64,000 nucleotides of DNA from an uncultured Bacteroidales bacterium (lineage in GTDB: Bacteria; Bacteroidota; Bacteroidia; Bacteroidales; VadinHA17), in the NCBI GenBank assembly GCA_963840965.1, contig CAWJAW010000002.1:328185-392184 (forward strand), in the 5' to 3' direction. Under the pieces are notes generated by a model. That model saw only the letters and a list, made by a program, of their open reading frames with translations. It searched no databases and was not told the origin of the DNA. Each line of letters starts with the position of its first letter. Within the stretch, counting starts at the first letter, position 1. This document shows positions 49,201-56,878 of the stretch, one piece after another. Position numbers and translations under genes: made by a program.

Positions 49201-50691
49201 CAGCGCAAGAGCCTGAGGAGCCGTGATACCGTCGGTCGAAAACTCGCCCACCTTGAAAACCTGTCCGTTAAGGGTATACTCGTAGGCAACGGCAAGAACC
49301 TCATCGGTGTTCAGGGCAGTGTTAAGTGATATATAACCGAGCATAGGATTCAGGGTGTACTCCCTTTCATTCAGTTTCCTCGCATTCTCAATTTTTTCAA
49401 AGTCGCGGCCTATCTGGAACCCCGGGTACAGAGAGGCAAAAACCGTGGTAACCTGGTCGACATCCCTCATACCGGCGTAGTTGGTCTGAAGCTGGCTGTA
49501 AAGCTGATTGGCCGCGTTGTCGGGAAATCGTGAAGCCCCGGGAGGAGCCTGAAACTCCGGTACGTTGTTGTATATGTGGCTGCTGTTTTCAGCAAGATCG
49601 GAGAATGCAACAATGTTCCTGGTCTCCTCGTAACTGCTGGTCTTATTTGTGATCCATACTTCAATACGGGTGATATTCAATCCTGAACTTACTGCAGGCA
49701 GGCTTTTTAAGGACTCGTCGAAAATATCCCTGAAATGATGTGCCAGAAAGAAGTGCCGGTTGGCTTCATAGTCGTCGGCATATATCTCAAACTCACTCAG
49801 CTGGGCTCCCCCCTTAACTGAGATAGTTGATGTCTCTCCTTTCTGCTGCGACAGGACCGTTGTCATGTTCAGCTTCCCGAACTGCATCTCCGTCTTCAGC
49901 CCGAAAAGGCTGTAGCTTCCCGTGATCAGGGTTCCCGGAAGAGGCAGGGTTACATCTCCCACCTCAATTTTTTTTAATATCTCATCCTCCTTGCCCGAGT
50001 ACTGCAGCTTTGTACGGTTCTCGAACTCAAACATGGCGTCGGTGTTGTAATTGACACCCAGCTCCATCTTGTCGCCGATAGTACCGGTGACATTCATTTG
50101 TATCTTCTCCTTGAAGTCGAAGGTCGGAATGGTTCTCAGTTTCTCTGAAAGAGTCGGATTTTGTGTCCTTGAAATGTTTATCCCGAAGACCAGTTCAGCC
50201 GATCCCTGGGGAATTATGTTTATCACATTGCTTCCGAAAACCTTGTCAAAAGTCGCTCCGCCTATTTCGATCTGGGGGATGAGACCCGATTTGAAGCCCG
50301 ACATCTCACCTGCCACCCTGGCTTGCCAGTATTCTCTCATCTCCTTGTTAAACTGATACATGCGATACTCTTCAGGCGACATGTAAACAGGGTTCCTGTA
50401 ATCAAACGATCCGACCTTCTGGAAGATCATGTATTCGTTCTTGTCCGGATCATAGACAGCCCCCGTAGTGATGTTCGATGGGTTATTGAGAAAGAGAGGG
50501 GTTCTGCGCGACTCCTCATAGGGATTTCCTGAAACGTCTTTAAGCCTGAGCGGTGACCTGACTGTGGTGTCGGGAGTGGATGCCGTGACCGGTATCTGAC
50601 CATTCACTTCATTTGATAAAAGGATCAAAGAAGCAAATAATGCAAAATATATGAATTTCAGCAGATTTTTATATGATATCCCTGATCCCAA
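43258..50691 (-). CDS. sprA: SprA (Sov)-like type IX secretion system translocon protein
   Basis: 2477-aa single ORF with a signal peptide and beta-rich composition ending in an OM beta-barrel-like C-terminus (FGFSLKFTLAQ). Its size and its position directly downstream of ruvA are typical of Bacteroidota sprA. The assignment is from memory only. Confidence 0.85.
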   Translation of the reverse strand: MGSGISYKNLLKFIYFALFASLILLSNEVNGQIPVTASTPDTTVRSPLRLKDVSGNPYEESRRTPLFLNNPSNITTGAVYDPDKNEYMIFQKVGSFDYRNPVYMSPEEYRMYQFNKEMREYWQARVAGEMSGFKSGLIPQIEIGGATFDKVFGSNVINIIPQGSAELVFGINISRTQNPTLSEKLRTIPTFDFKEKIQMNVTGTIGDKMELGVNYNTDAMFEFENRTKLQYSGKEDEILKKIEVGDVTLPLPGTLITGSYSLFGLKTEMQFGKLNMTTVLSQQKGETSTISVKGGAQLSEFEIYADDYEANRHFFLAHHFRDIFDESLKSLPAVSSGLNITRIEVWITNKTSSYEETRNIVAFSDLAENSSHIYNNVPEFQAPPGASRFPDNAANQLYSQLQTNYAGMRDVDQVTTVFASLYPGFQIGRDFEKIENARKLNEREYTLNPMLGYISLNTALNTDEVLAVAYEYTLNGQVFKVGEFSTDGITAPQALALKLLKGTTLSPKYPTWDLMMKNIYSLGSGRLESGDFQLNILYEDDKTGNAINYLPEGRIANTILLQVLGLDNLNSQQDRQPDGYFDFIDGVTINVSRGKIIFPVNEPFGSYLKEKIGDNQIAEKYIFQELYDSTQTIARQMAERNKFKMTGQYSSESGSEIRLNATNIPAGSIIVTAGGVTLNENIDYTVDYNMGVVTIINSALIESQTPIQVSLESNQFFGFQTKTLVGTHLDYRFSDNFNVGATLLHLNERPYTQKVNFGEEPISNTIWGLNTSYRGQSQFLTKLIDKIPLLETKAPSTISFNGEFAELIPGHSRAISNAGNSYIDDFESSEIPLDLKSFNAWSISSIPQGQDQLFPEASLNNDPASGNNRAKISWYVIDPLFLRNGSSTPGHIKQDPSTQSSHFVREIYENEIFPNRESTSGIPTTISVLNVAYYPGEKGPYNYDTDPGSYSGGINASGFLNNPQSRWGGMMREVLTSDFETANIQYIEFWMMDPFVEDPVHQGGDLYFNLGNISEDILKDSRKSFENGLPGSPDLQNVDSTSWGRVPTVQSVVHAFDNNSESRMYQDVGLDGLRNQDEQAFFMDYLQRSEAILSPEAYTDLLKDPSNDDFHYFRGSDYDLEQLGILERYKRYNGQDGNSPTSEMSSESYPTSGSTLPDMEDINRDNTLSETESYYQYRVSLRPENMKVGMNYIVDEIEPTVTMADGTESKVKWYQFKIPVTEYQRRVGVISDFKSIRFMRMFLKNFSDPVVMRFAELNLVRAEWRKYNITFMEGGERITTPEPEDGTFEISSVSIEDNAGKKPVNYVLPPGFDRVVDPQNPQLRQLDEQSMVLKVVDLADGDARAAYRNVNLDFRQYRRLRMEVHAEALIGQPLYDDEITAFVRLGSDYKSNFYEYEIPLSLTPPGDDYDNDSEEDRAIVWPEGNRFDIDLTVLQEAKKERNRQLQESGSVLSLSDVFAFRDDSNRVYVCGNPNLSNVKVIMVGIRNPIKTRNPAADNGDSKSAEVWVNELRLSDFIENGGWAANAHLQARLADLGTIDMVGQASTPGWGSIDKKVNERSKEEVLKYDISSTMELGKFFPEDAGVRLPVYMGFSETRVKPQYNPLDPDITLKDALDEAPDKEARDSIRAISEDYTRRKTISINNAGITKRGEKPRVWDLANFSVNYTFNEVYRSNTKTEIDLERNYKGGINYNYEAQPKNIMPFKNVKFLNSPIFRIIKDFNFYPFPRSISFRTDLARYYNEVKTRNINNPNLLITPTFRKDFEWTRMFDVKYDLTRALKIDFTSTNVARIDEPEGAADRRRYQSDYENWRDSVMTNLKRFGRTTSYNHYINATYNVPINKLPGLSWVTANARFGADYSWLAGALYPDSMNINLGNAIKNHNELTLSGTANLASLYSKSKFLKSVEDNTRPGAVRRMQTEYKTVVFTRNNVNFRPNVMRPLVHNLKTKDVKVIITRKDGTELKGNVEIISDNRVNFTTGEAVEGTLVTIEGRVPKKRNPMTVTGEYMLRAIMGIRSVSMTYTSSQGQYLPGFLPESRFLGQSRVNNVSAPGLPFMLGFSDRRFLDKAVENGWLTTDTLLNTPAIYNNRRDLSIRSVVEPFPGLKIDINADRRFLENESSYYTADYNGNFPDSTRNRVISGNFSISVISWGTAFEKISKENNYVSATFENFKRNAVIISGRRAEARQEADPGYDPDIDPETGQPLTDGFKSGYGKTSREVLIPAFYAAYTKSDPDKVGLSTFPSAFRMMPNWRITFDGFSKFEFVQKVFRSINITHQYRSVYQIGSYTTNLNYFVDGNGINNIRDLQKNFIQQYEINTVTVSEQFSPMINIDMNWKSNLTSRFEWRKSRTISLNLTGNQVTDSRINELVVGAGYRFDDVQIVLKTGGGQKTLKSDLNLRLDLSLRDNKTVARKLIEDVNQPVAGIKVMTVGATADYVLSDRFNLQIFADHTMNNPFVANTFPTSNTNFGFSLKFTLAQ

Positions 50692-50710
50692 ATGAAAAAA
50701 ATATTCTTAT

Positions 50711-51292
50711 TTACAGGCATTTAAGAGCTCTCTTTATAAGGTCCTCAACTGTCAGGTTTTTCTCTTGCCTGATGATCCCGTCGAGTGCCTTCAAGACAGC
50801 GCTTTTGCCAAACCCAAGCATCACTAAAGCTGATAACGCCTCTTCACGTTTGGTATTGTCTGTAAATGCAAATATTTCACCTGTTCCGGTGTGTTTTCCG
50901 ATCTTGTCCTTAAGATCTACAATTATCCTTTGTGCAGTCTTCAGCCCTATACCCTTTATTCCCTTCAGGGTATTGACATCTGATCCTAAAATTGCCTTTT
51001 CAACCTCGTCGTGTGTGAGCGAGGAAAGCATCATTCGTGCAGTGTTGGCTCCCACCCCCGATACGGTGATAAGAAGCCTGAATATATCCCTTTCGTCCTT
51101 GTCAGAAAAGCCATAAAGCTGATGACTGTCTTCCCTGATCACTTCATGTACCAGCAATCTGCATTCAGCCTTCCCTTCAAGACTGCTGTATGTTGAAAGC
51201 GATATACTGGCAAAATAACCTATTCCTCCGTTGTCAACAACAACAAATGCAGGAGTCAGCTCTGCTATCCGGCCGGTAACGTAATCTATCAT
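50711..51292 (-). CDS. ruvA: Holliday junction DNA helicase subunit RuvA
   Basis: MIDYVTGRI...YGF, plus the paired HhH motifs LITVSGVGANTARMML and LKGIKGIGLKTAQRI. 193 aa. Confidence 0.93.
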   Translation of the reverse strand: MIDYVTGRIAELTPAFVVVDNGGIGYFASISLSTYSSLEGKAECRLLVHEVIREDSHQLYGFSDKDERDIFRLLITVSGVGANTARMMLSSLTHDEVEKAILGSDVNTLKGIKGIGLKTAQRIIVDLKDKIGKHTGTGEIFAFTDNTKREEALSALVMLGFGKSAVLKALDGIIRQEKNLTVEDLIKRALKCL

Positions 51293-52395
51293 AAGTGCGG
51301 ATCGGAGTTTGGTATCTCTGGAGGAAGTTCATCAACCCTGTCGGCATGCAGGTCTATATCCTGGTGCTTAAGAGGATTTCGGGATATTTCAGCATGGAGC
51401 TGCCGGTTCCTGAAGATATCGCAGGCGAGGAACAAGGCATGGCGGAAGGAGCTTTCTGAAGCTTCGCCCTTGCCTGCTATCTGGAATGCCGTTCCATGAC
51501 CGGGAGAAGTCCGGACAAATGGCAGGCCGGCCGTGAAATTGACACCGGTGTCGAACGACAGAGCCTTGAACGGGGTAAGCCCCTGGTCGTGATACATTGC
51601 AAGAATCCCGTCGAACTTTGAAAATGACCCTGCCCCGAAAAATCCGTCGGCAGGAAAAGGACCGAAAACAAGGATATTTTCTTTGGTGGCCTGCTGTATG
51701 GCCGGAGTTATCACTCCTGCCTCTTCCTTACCCAGAAGGGAGTTGTCGCCTGCATGAGGGTTAAGTCCAAGAACCGCAATTCTTGGCTTGCTTATCCCGA
51801 AATCAAGGACAAGCGACTGACTCATCAGCCTGATCTTCCTCAATAAAAGATCGACAGTGATCATATCCGGCACTTCCCTGAGCGGAACATGACCGGTAGC
51901 AACACCTATCTTCAGGCTCTCACTAACCATGAACATAAGCACATCCTTTACTCCGGCCTTCTCCATCAGGTATTCGGTATGACCGCTGAAACGGAAATTG
52001 TCCGACTGAATGTTGTTCTTGTCGATGGGAGCCGTTACAAGCACATCCAGCTTTCCGCTCCCAAGATCGGCTACAGCTCTTTCTAGCGAGGCAAACGCAG
52101 CCTCTCCTCCCTGAGGCGTCGATTTCCCCAGCTCAACCCTTACATTGTCGTCGAGACAGTTGATAAGATTTGCCTTCTGGCTGTGTGCCTCCTCAACAGA
52201 TCTGATATTATTGAAACTGAAACTATTAATATTCAAGGCTTTGCGGTGATATGCAGCCACCTTGGGGGAACCGTAGATCACCGGAATGCAGCTATCGTTG
52301 ATCTCGGCATCTATAAGAGTCTTAATTATGACTTCATATCCTATTCCATTGATATCCCCCTGAGATATCCCGGCAATTATCTTTTTCCTGTCCAT
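51289..52395 (-). CDS. pdxA: 4-hydroxythreonine-4-phosphate dehydrogenase PdxA
   Basis: Motifs GDINGIGYEV, FSGHTEYL, LNPHAGD and TSPGHGTAFQIAGKG. It overlaps the ruvA start by 4 nt. Confidence 0.88.
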   Translation of the reverse strand: MDRKKIIAGISQGDINGIGYEVIIKTLIDAEINDSCIPVIYGSPKVAAYHRKALNINSFSFNNIRSVEEAHSQKANLINCLDDNVRVELGKSTPQGGEAAFASLERAVADLGSGKLDVLVTAPIDKNNIQSDNFRFSGHTEYLMEKAGVKDVLMFMVSESLKIGVATGHVPLREVPDMITVDLLLRKIRLMSQSLVLDFGISKPRIAVLGLNPHAGDNSLLGKEEAGVITPAIQQATKENILVFGPFPADGFFGAGSFSKFDGILAMYHDQGLTPFKALSFDTGVNFTAGLPFVRTSPGHGTAFQIAGKGEASESSFRHALFLACDIFRNRQLHAEISRNPLKHQDIDLHADRVDELPPEIPNSDPHL

Positions 52396-53865
52396 TTATC
52401 CTAAGTTCTTTTTTAATAAACTGCCGGCAAATCTCCTGAGAAAATCAGCAAGCAGCCTGGCACCCGTTCCCGGGCCTTCCTTAAGCCTGTAATAGTCATC
52501 CTTCTTCAGCATTCCGGGACCGGCAATATCCAGATGAATAAGCGGATATTCGGCAAAGCGTTCCAGGAATTTTCCCGCGGTGATCGCACCTGCTTCCCTT
52601 CCTCCAATATTCCTGACATCAGCAATATCCGATTTGATAAGTTCTCCGTATTCTTCCCAGAAAGGCATTTCAGCGATTCTCTCATATACCTCGTTGCCGC
52701 TTTCCTCCAGCATCCTGAAATACTTCCTGTCGGCATTGCCCATTACAGCAACAGCCTGTATCCCAAATGCCATTGCTGCCGAGCCTGTAAGAGTTGCTAC
52801 ATCAATGATCAGCTCAGGCTTATATTTTGAAGCATAGCTGATTGCATCAGCCAGAATAAGTCTTCCTTCGGCATCAGTATTACCGACCTCAACCGTCATC
52901 TTGTTAAACATGGTAATGATCTCACCCTGGGTATAGGCGTTGCCTCCCGGCCGGTTGTCTGTAGCAGGTACGAGTCCCACAACATGAAGCGGAAGTCCGG
53001 CTTTGGCTATGGTACGAATGGCTCCCGTGACTGCTGCTGCCCCGGCCATGTCTCCCTTCATGTTTTCCATATAGTCGCCCGGTTTGATATTCAGTCCGCC
53101 GGTGTCATAAACAACTCCCTTGCCCACCAGAACAACAGGTTTCTTGTTAAGCACCTTCTCCGGCTTCCATTCAAGAATACAGAAAACCGGCGGATCAACG
53201 CTTCCCCTGTTCACTGCCAGAAGTCCGCCCATTTTCAGGGCCTCAATCCTGCCCCGGGTAAGAACCTCAACATTGAATCCCGACTCTTCTCCTGCCCGTT
53301 TGATCTCCTCCGCGAGTGCAGGCGCATTCAGATGACTTACCGGCTCATTGATGAGGTCGCGGATGAGCCAGACCGAATCGGTCAGATCAGCAAGCCACTT
53401 CAGTTCTTCATCATCCGGACCTTCATAAAGCAGAAGCCTTGACGGGTAAGCCGTTTTCTCCCTGTCGTCCCCGACGGTTTTGTACTTGTCAAATGAATAA
53501 AAGCTAAGCAGCAGGCCTTCAGTGAAAGCGCCGGCAGCCCCGCTGAAAGTCATGTGAGGGGCAATGACAAGCCCGGAATGGTTGTTGGACTTTATTATCT
53601 TTCTGAGATTGGAAGCCGTTTTCCTTAGCTCTTCCTTCTGCCTGTACTCCGGGAGATTATCCTTCACCCTGACAATGTAGCTAACCTTGAAGTATGAATT
53701 GATAACTACATACTCCTCATTGGCCTGAAGTTGTTTGAGGGCGTACTCCTTTTCCGGTTTCGAAAGTTCGAGCCACTCGGGGAGCCCGTATTCGCCTGTA
53801 ATGCAAATAACTGACTGATCGGGAGATATTTGTGAAATCTTTTGTAATTCGGGTAAGTTCGGCAT
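52396..53865 (-). CDS. pepA: M17 leucyl aminopeptidase
   Basis: Motifs VGKGVVYDTGGLNIKP, MKGDMAGAA and NTDAEGRLILADA. 489 aa. Confidence 0.9.
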   Translation of the reverse strand: MPNLPELQKISQISPDQSVICITGEYGLPEWLELSKPEKEYALKQLQANEEYVVINSYFKVSYIVRVKDNLPEYRQKEELRKTASNLRKIIKSNNHSGLVIAPHMTFSGAAGAFTEGLLLSFYSFDKYKTVGDDREKTAYPSRLLLYEGPDDEELKWLADLTDSVWLIRDLINEPVSHLNAPALAEEIKRAGEESGFNVEVLTRGRIEALKMGGLLAVNRGSVDPPVFCILEWKPEKVLNKKPVVLVGKGVVYDTGGLNIKPGDYMENMKGDMAGAAAVTGAIRTIAKAGLPLHVVGLVPATDNRPGGNAYTQGEIITMFNKMTVEVGNTDAEGRLILADAISYASKYKPELIIDVATLTGSAAMAFGIQAVAVMGNADRKYFRMLEESGNEVYERIAEMPFWEEYGELIKSDIADVRNIGGREAGAITAGKFLERFAEYPLIHLDIAGPGMLKKDDYYRLKEGPGTGARLLADFLRRFAGSLLKKNLG

Positions 53866-53927
53866 AACCGGAAATTTTTGAAGCAGTAAAGTTAATCAAA
53901 TTATTCATTGCTTATTTTCTAAAGAGT

Positions 53928-53935
53928 TACCTTTG
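53928..53935 (+). promoter_or_regulatory. Candidate -7 promoter box TACCTTTG for the MqnC/MqnE-like gene
   Basis: Exact TAnnTTTG, 8 nt before ATG 53943. This implies a near-leaderless transcript. Confidence 0.4.
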
Positions 53936-53942
53936 TTGCTTC

Positions 53943-55028
53943 ATGGAACTGGACTACCTTTACAATAAAGCACTCGATCTGTTGCCTCTTTCTGTCGAAG
54001 AGGGAACCTTCCTTTATCATAATGCACCTGTGGAAGAGTTGATCTACATAGGAGATACTCTCCGGCAAACCCACGTCCCGGGGAAAAATGCCGGCTGGAT
54101 CATCGACAGGAACATCAATATCACCAATATCTGTTTCTCCCATTGTAAATTCTGTAATTTCTGCCGCCGACAGGATGATGATGATGCCTATGTAACAACC
54201 ATTGAAGAATACAGAACAAAGATTGATGAGCTTTTCTCGCTGGGAGGCGACCAGATACTTCTGCAGGGGGGTATGAATCCTGACCTGGGACTGGATTTCT
54301 ACACAACTCTGTTCAGGAATCTGAAGGAAATATATCCTGAGCTCAAACTCCATGCCCTGGGGCCTCCCGAAGTGGCCTATCTTTCCCGCAAGGAACAGCT
54401 CCCTTATTCCGCCGTCCTGAAAAGACTTGCTGAGGCAGGTCTCGACTCACTTCCGGGGGCCGGAGCGGAAATCCTGTCCGACAGGGTCAGGAAAATTGTA
54501 TCACCGGCCAAGGCAACAACTTCCGAATGGCTCGGCGTGATGCGTGAAGCTCACAGATTGAACCTGCCCACTTCTGCCACAATGATGTACGGCCATATTG
54601 AAACCGTAACGGAAAGAATTGAACACCTGGTAAAGCTGAGAGAACTCCAGGAAGAACGACCGGATGGGACCTGGGGATTCATTGCCTTCATTCCCTGGCC
54701 TTTTCAGGATGAGGGGACACTTCTTGCAATGAGGAATGGAATAAAAAGCAGGTACAATGCTCCCGATTACATCAGGCTGATTGCAATCAGCAGGATCATG
54801 CTCAACAACATAATAAACATCCAGTCGTCGCTTCTGACAGTAGGAAAAGAGGTTGCGATGCTTTCGCTTCACTCGGGGGCAAACGACCTCGGATCAATAA
54901 TGATTGAGGAAAACGTGGTGAGCTCAGCAGGCTCTCATAACCGATTCAACGCGGAAGAGATCCAGTCGATAATAAAAGAAGCGGGATTTATTCCGGTAAG
55001 AAGAAATCAGAAATACGAAACAGTTTGA
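53943..55028 (+). CDS. Radical SAM enzyme of the CofH/MqnC/MqnE family (menaquinone biosynthesis via futalosine)
   Basis: CxxxCxxC in NICFSHCKFCNF, LLQGGMNPD, GAGAEIL, TSATMMYGHIET and the FIPWPFQ tail are typical of this family. I cannot separate MqnC from MqnE by eye. Confidence 0.8.
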   Translation: MELDYLYNKALDLLPLSVEEGTFLYHNAPVEELIYIGDTLRQTHVPGKNAGWIIDRNINITNICFSHCKFCNFCRRQDDDDAYVTTIEEYRTKIDELFSLGGDQILLQGGMNPDLGLDFYTTLFRNLKEIYPELKLHALGPPEVAYLSRKEQLPYSAVLKRLAEAGLDSLPGAGAEILSDRVRKIVSPAKATTSEWLGVMREAHRLNLPTSATMMYGHIETVTERIEHLVKLRELQEERPDGTWGFIAFIPWPFQDEGTLLAMRNGIKSRYNAPDYIRLIAISRIMLNNIINIQSSLLTVGKEVAMLSLHSGANDLGSIMIEENVVSSAGSHNRFNAEEIQSIIKEAGFIPVRRNQKYETV

Positions 55029-55035
55029 ACAGTTA

Positions 55036-55195
55036 TGCAGGTCTTGCAGGTCTTGCAGGTCAGGAACCATTAGGTGACTTGCACGACTTGCACTTCTTCG
55101 CTGAAGCTACGAAGTGCAAAGCTTGCATGACTTGCACGACTTGCACGACACTTCTTCGCTGAAGCTACGAAGTGCAAAGCTTGCACGACTTGCAC
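55036..55195 (+). repeat. Composite tandem repeat array: 9-mers TGCAGGTCT x3 and GACTTGCAC x5, nested in a 53/58-bp duplicated unit carrying a CTTCG...CGAAG hairpin
   Basis: Read directly from the sequence. Units lie at 55076-55128 and 55129-55186. The hexamer CTTGCA occurs nine times on one strand. The array lies between convergent genes. Confidence 0.8.
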
Positions 55196-55252
55196 GACCT
55201 GCCCTTACGCTAACGGTCAGGGTCTCCGCTACGCTCCGACACGATTTATCTA

Positions 55253-55278
55253 TAAAAAAAAGGGCTGCTTACCAGCCC
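55253..55278 (-). terminator. Rho-independent terminator of tatA
   Basis: The minus strand reads GGGCTG-GTAAG-CAGCCC followed by T8. It lies about 30 nt after the tatA stop. Confidence 0.7.
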
Positions 55279-55306
55279 CCTATACTTTTTCAGGATTAAG
55301 AAATTC

Positions 55307-55474
55307 CTATTTTGTAGCTTCCTTTTCGCCGTCGGCCTCAACCTTTGAAGCCTTCTTGAATTCCTTCATGCCCTGGCCAATACCTTTCATGAGTTCAGGA
55401 ATTTTGCGGCCTCCGAACAAAAGCACAACAACAAGCAGAATAAGAATTATCTCAGTTAAACCAATCTTTCCCAT
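55307..55474 (-). CDS. tatA: Twin-arginine translocase subunit TatA/E (55 aa; below the ORF-track size cutoff)
   Basis: My own translation is [55 protein letters not shown]. It shows the canonical TM helix, the FGxxKxP hinge and an amphipathic helix. Confidence 0.85.
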   Translation of the reverse strand: MGKIGLTEIILILLVVVLLFGGRKIPELMKGIGQGMKEFKKASKVEADGEKEATK

Positions 55475-55497
55475 CTCTTTAAGTTTTTGAATTTGTG

Positions 55498-55505
55498 CAA
55501 AGGTA
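55498..55505 (-). promoter_or_regulatory. Candidate -7 promoter box TACCTTTG for tatA
   Basis: Exact TAnnTTTG on the minus strand, 24 nt before ATG 55474. Confidence 0.5.
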
Positions 55506-55546
55506 TAAAAATAGTGTGTCGTTGTACCAGGAGGTAAAAATAAATC

Positions 55547-56878
55547 TTAATTCCTTATTAGTCTTAGTATATCATTCCCGTTGGCGAGGATAAGCAGGCC
55601 CAGAAGTATTATCATTCCGGTTACCTGGGCATATTCCAGGAATTTGTCGCTGGGCTTCCTGCCGGTCACCACCTCGTAAAGCAGGAACATCACATGTCCG
55701 CCGTCGAGTGCCGGGATGGGAAGTATGTTCATCACAGCAAGTATTATAGAAAGAAGGGCTGTAAGATTCCAGAACGACTGCCAGTCCCAGACTCCCGGGA
55801 AGATGCTCCCGATTGTAATGAACCCGCCAAGAGACTCATATGCTTTTGTGTGCTTTGAGAAGATCACCCTGAACTGTTTGACATAATCGCCTATCGTCTT
55901 GAATCCCTTGCTTATTCCTGCCGGAATTGATGCAAGGAATCCGTAGTTCACTGTCTTCAGCTCGAATATCTGGGCGTAGGTACGTGAGCTCCCTACCCCA
56001 AGCGTTCCTTCAGCAGACAGAACAACGGGTATATCAACCTGGTTTCCGTTCCTGACAACGTTAACCAGCACCTCTTTGCCCCGGTTCCGGGAGAGATAGC
56101 TCTGAAATTCATCAAACCACTGGAAATTGTTGCCGTCGATGCCCACAAATTCATCCCCTTCTGTGATTCCAGCCAGTAAGGCAGGCGATTCTTTGCCGAA
56201 TCCGGAAACCACGTAGGGCCTGAACGGAGTCCTGGGTTCCAGCATTCCCTCCCCTTTCAGCATCCTGGCAATGAACTCGACCGGTATTGGTATGTTTATT
56301 ATTTCCCCGTTCCTGTCAACCTGGATAGTCTTGCGGTCATTAAGGATTATATCAGACGGTATCTCATTGAAATTATCAATCTTCACATTATCCACCGACA
56401 CAATCTTGTCACCATTCCTGAGGCCTATTGCATAGCTTGCCGAGTCGGTCACAATTCCATATTTTACGTTCGCTGTCGGAAGATAGGTTTCTCCCCATGC
56501 ATAAAGAACTCCTACGTAAATTATCAGAGCCGAGATAAAATTAAAGATAACGCCCGCTGTCATTATCAAAAGTCTCTGCCCGGAACTCTTTGACCGGAAC
56601 TCATAGGGCTGGGGAGGCTGTTTCATCTGTTCCTTGTCCATCGACTCATCAATCATCCCCGATATCTTAACATATCCTCCAAGGGGAACCCATCCGATTC
56701 CGTATTCGGTCTCCCCGGCCTTGCGCTTGAAAAGGGCGAACCATGGATCAAAGAACAGGTAGAATTTCTCGACCCTGGTCTTGAAAAGCTTCGCAAACAG
56801 AAAATGTCCGAATTCGTGGATTATTACTATTATTGAGAGGCTTAGAAGAAACTGAAGTATCTTTATTAGTATGGTCAT
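55547..56878 (-). CDS. rseP: RIP (site-2) zinc metalloprotease RseP, M50 family
   Basis: HEFGHF motif in TM1, a central PDZ region, and the C-terminal NILPIPALDGG motif. It overlaps the dxr stop by 4 nt. Confidence 0.92.
   Translation of the reverse strand: MTILIKILQFLLSLSIIVIIHEFGHFLFAKLFKTRVEKFYLFFDPWFALFKRKAGETEYGIGWVPLGGYVKISGMIDESMDKEQMKQPPQPYEFRSKSSGQRLLIMTAGVIFNFISALIIYVGVLYAWGETYLPTANVKYGIVTDSASYAIGLRNGDKIVSVDNVKIDNFNEIPSDIILNDRKTIQVDRNGEIINIPIPVEFIARMLKGEGMLEPRTPFRPYVVSGFGKESPALLAGITEGDEFVGIDGNNFQWFDEFQSYLSRNRGKEVLVNVVRNGNQVDIPVVLSAEGTLGVGSSRTYAQIFELKTVNYGFLASIPAGISKGFKTIGDYVKQFRVIFSKHTKAYESLGGFITIGSIFPGVWDWQSFWNLTALLSIILAVMNILPIPALDGGHVMFLLYEVVTGRKPSDKFLEYAQVTGMIILLGLLILANGNDILRLIRN

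Noticed and set aside
55036-55195. CRISPR array
   Set aside because: The repeats are 9 bp or part of a duplicated 53/58-bp unit. There are no unique spacers of regular length, only two large units are present, and there are no cas genes in the window.
55114-55299. 61-aa ORF (MQSLHDLHDLHDTSSLKLRSAKLARLA...)
   Set aside because: It is merely the translation of the tandem DNA repeats (the LHD repeats come from GACTTGCAC units) and runs into the tatA terminator. It shows no coding signal.
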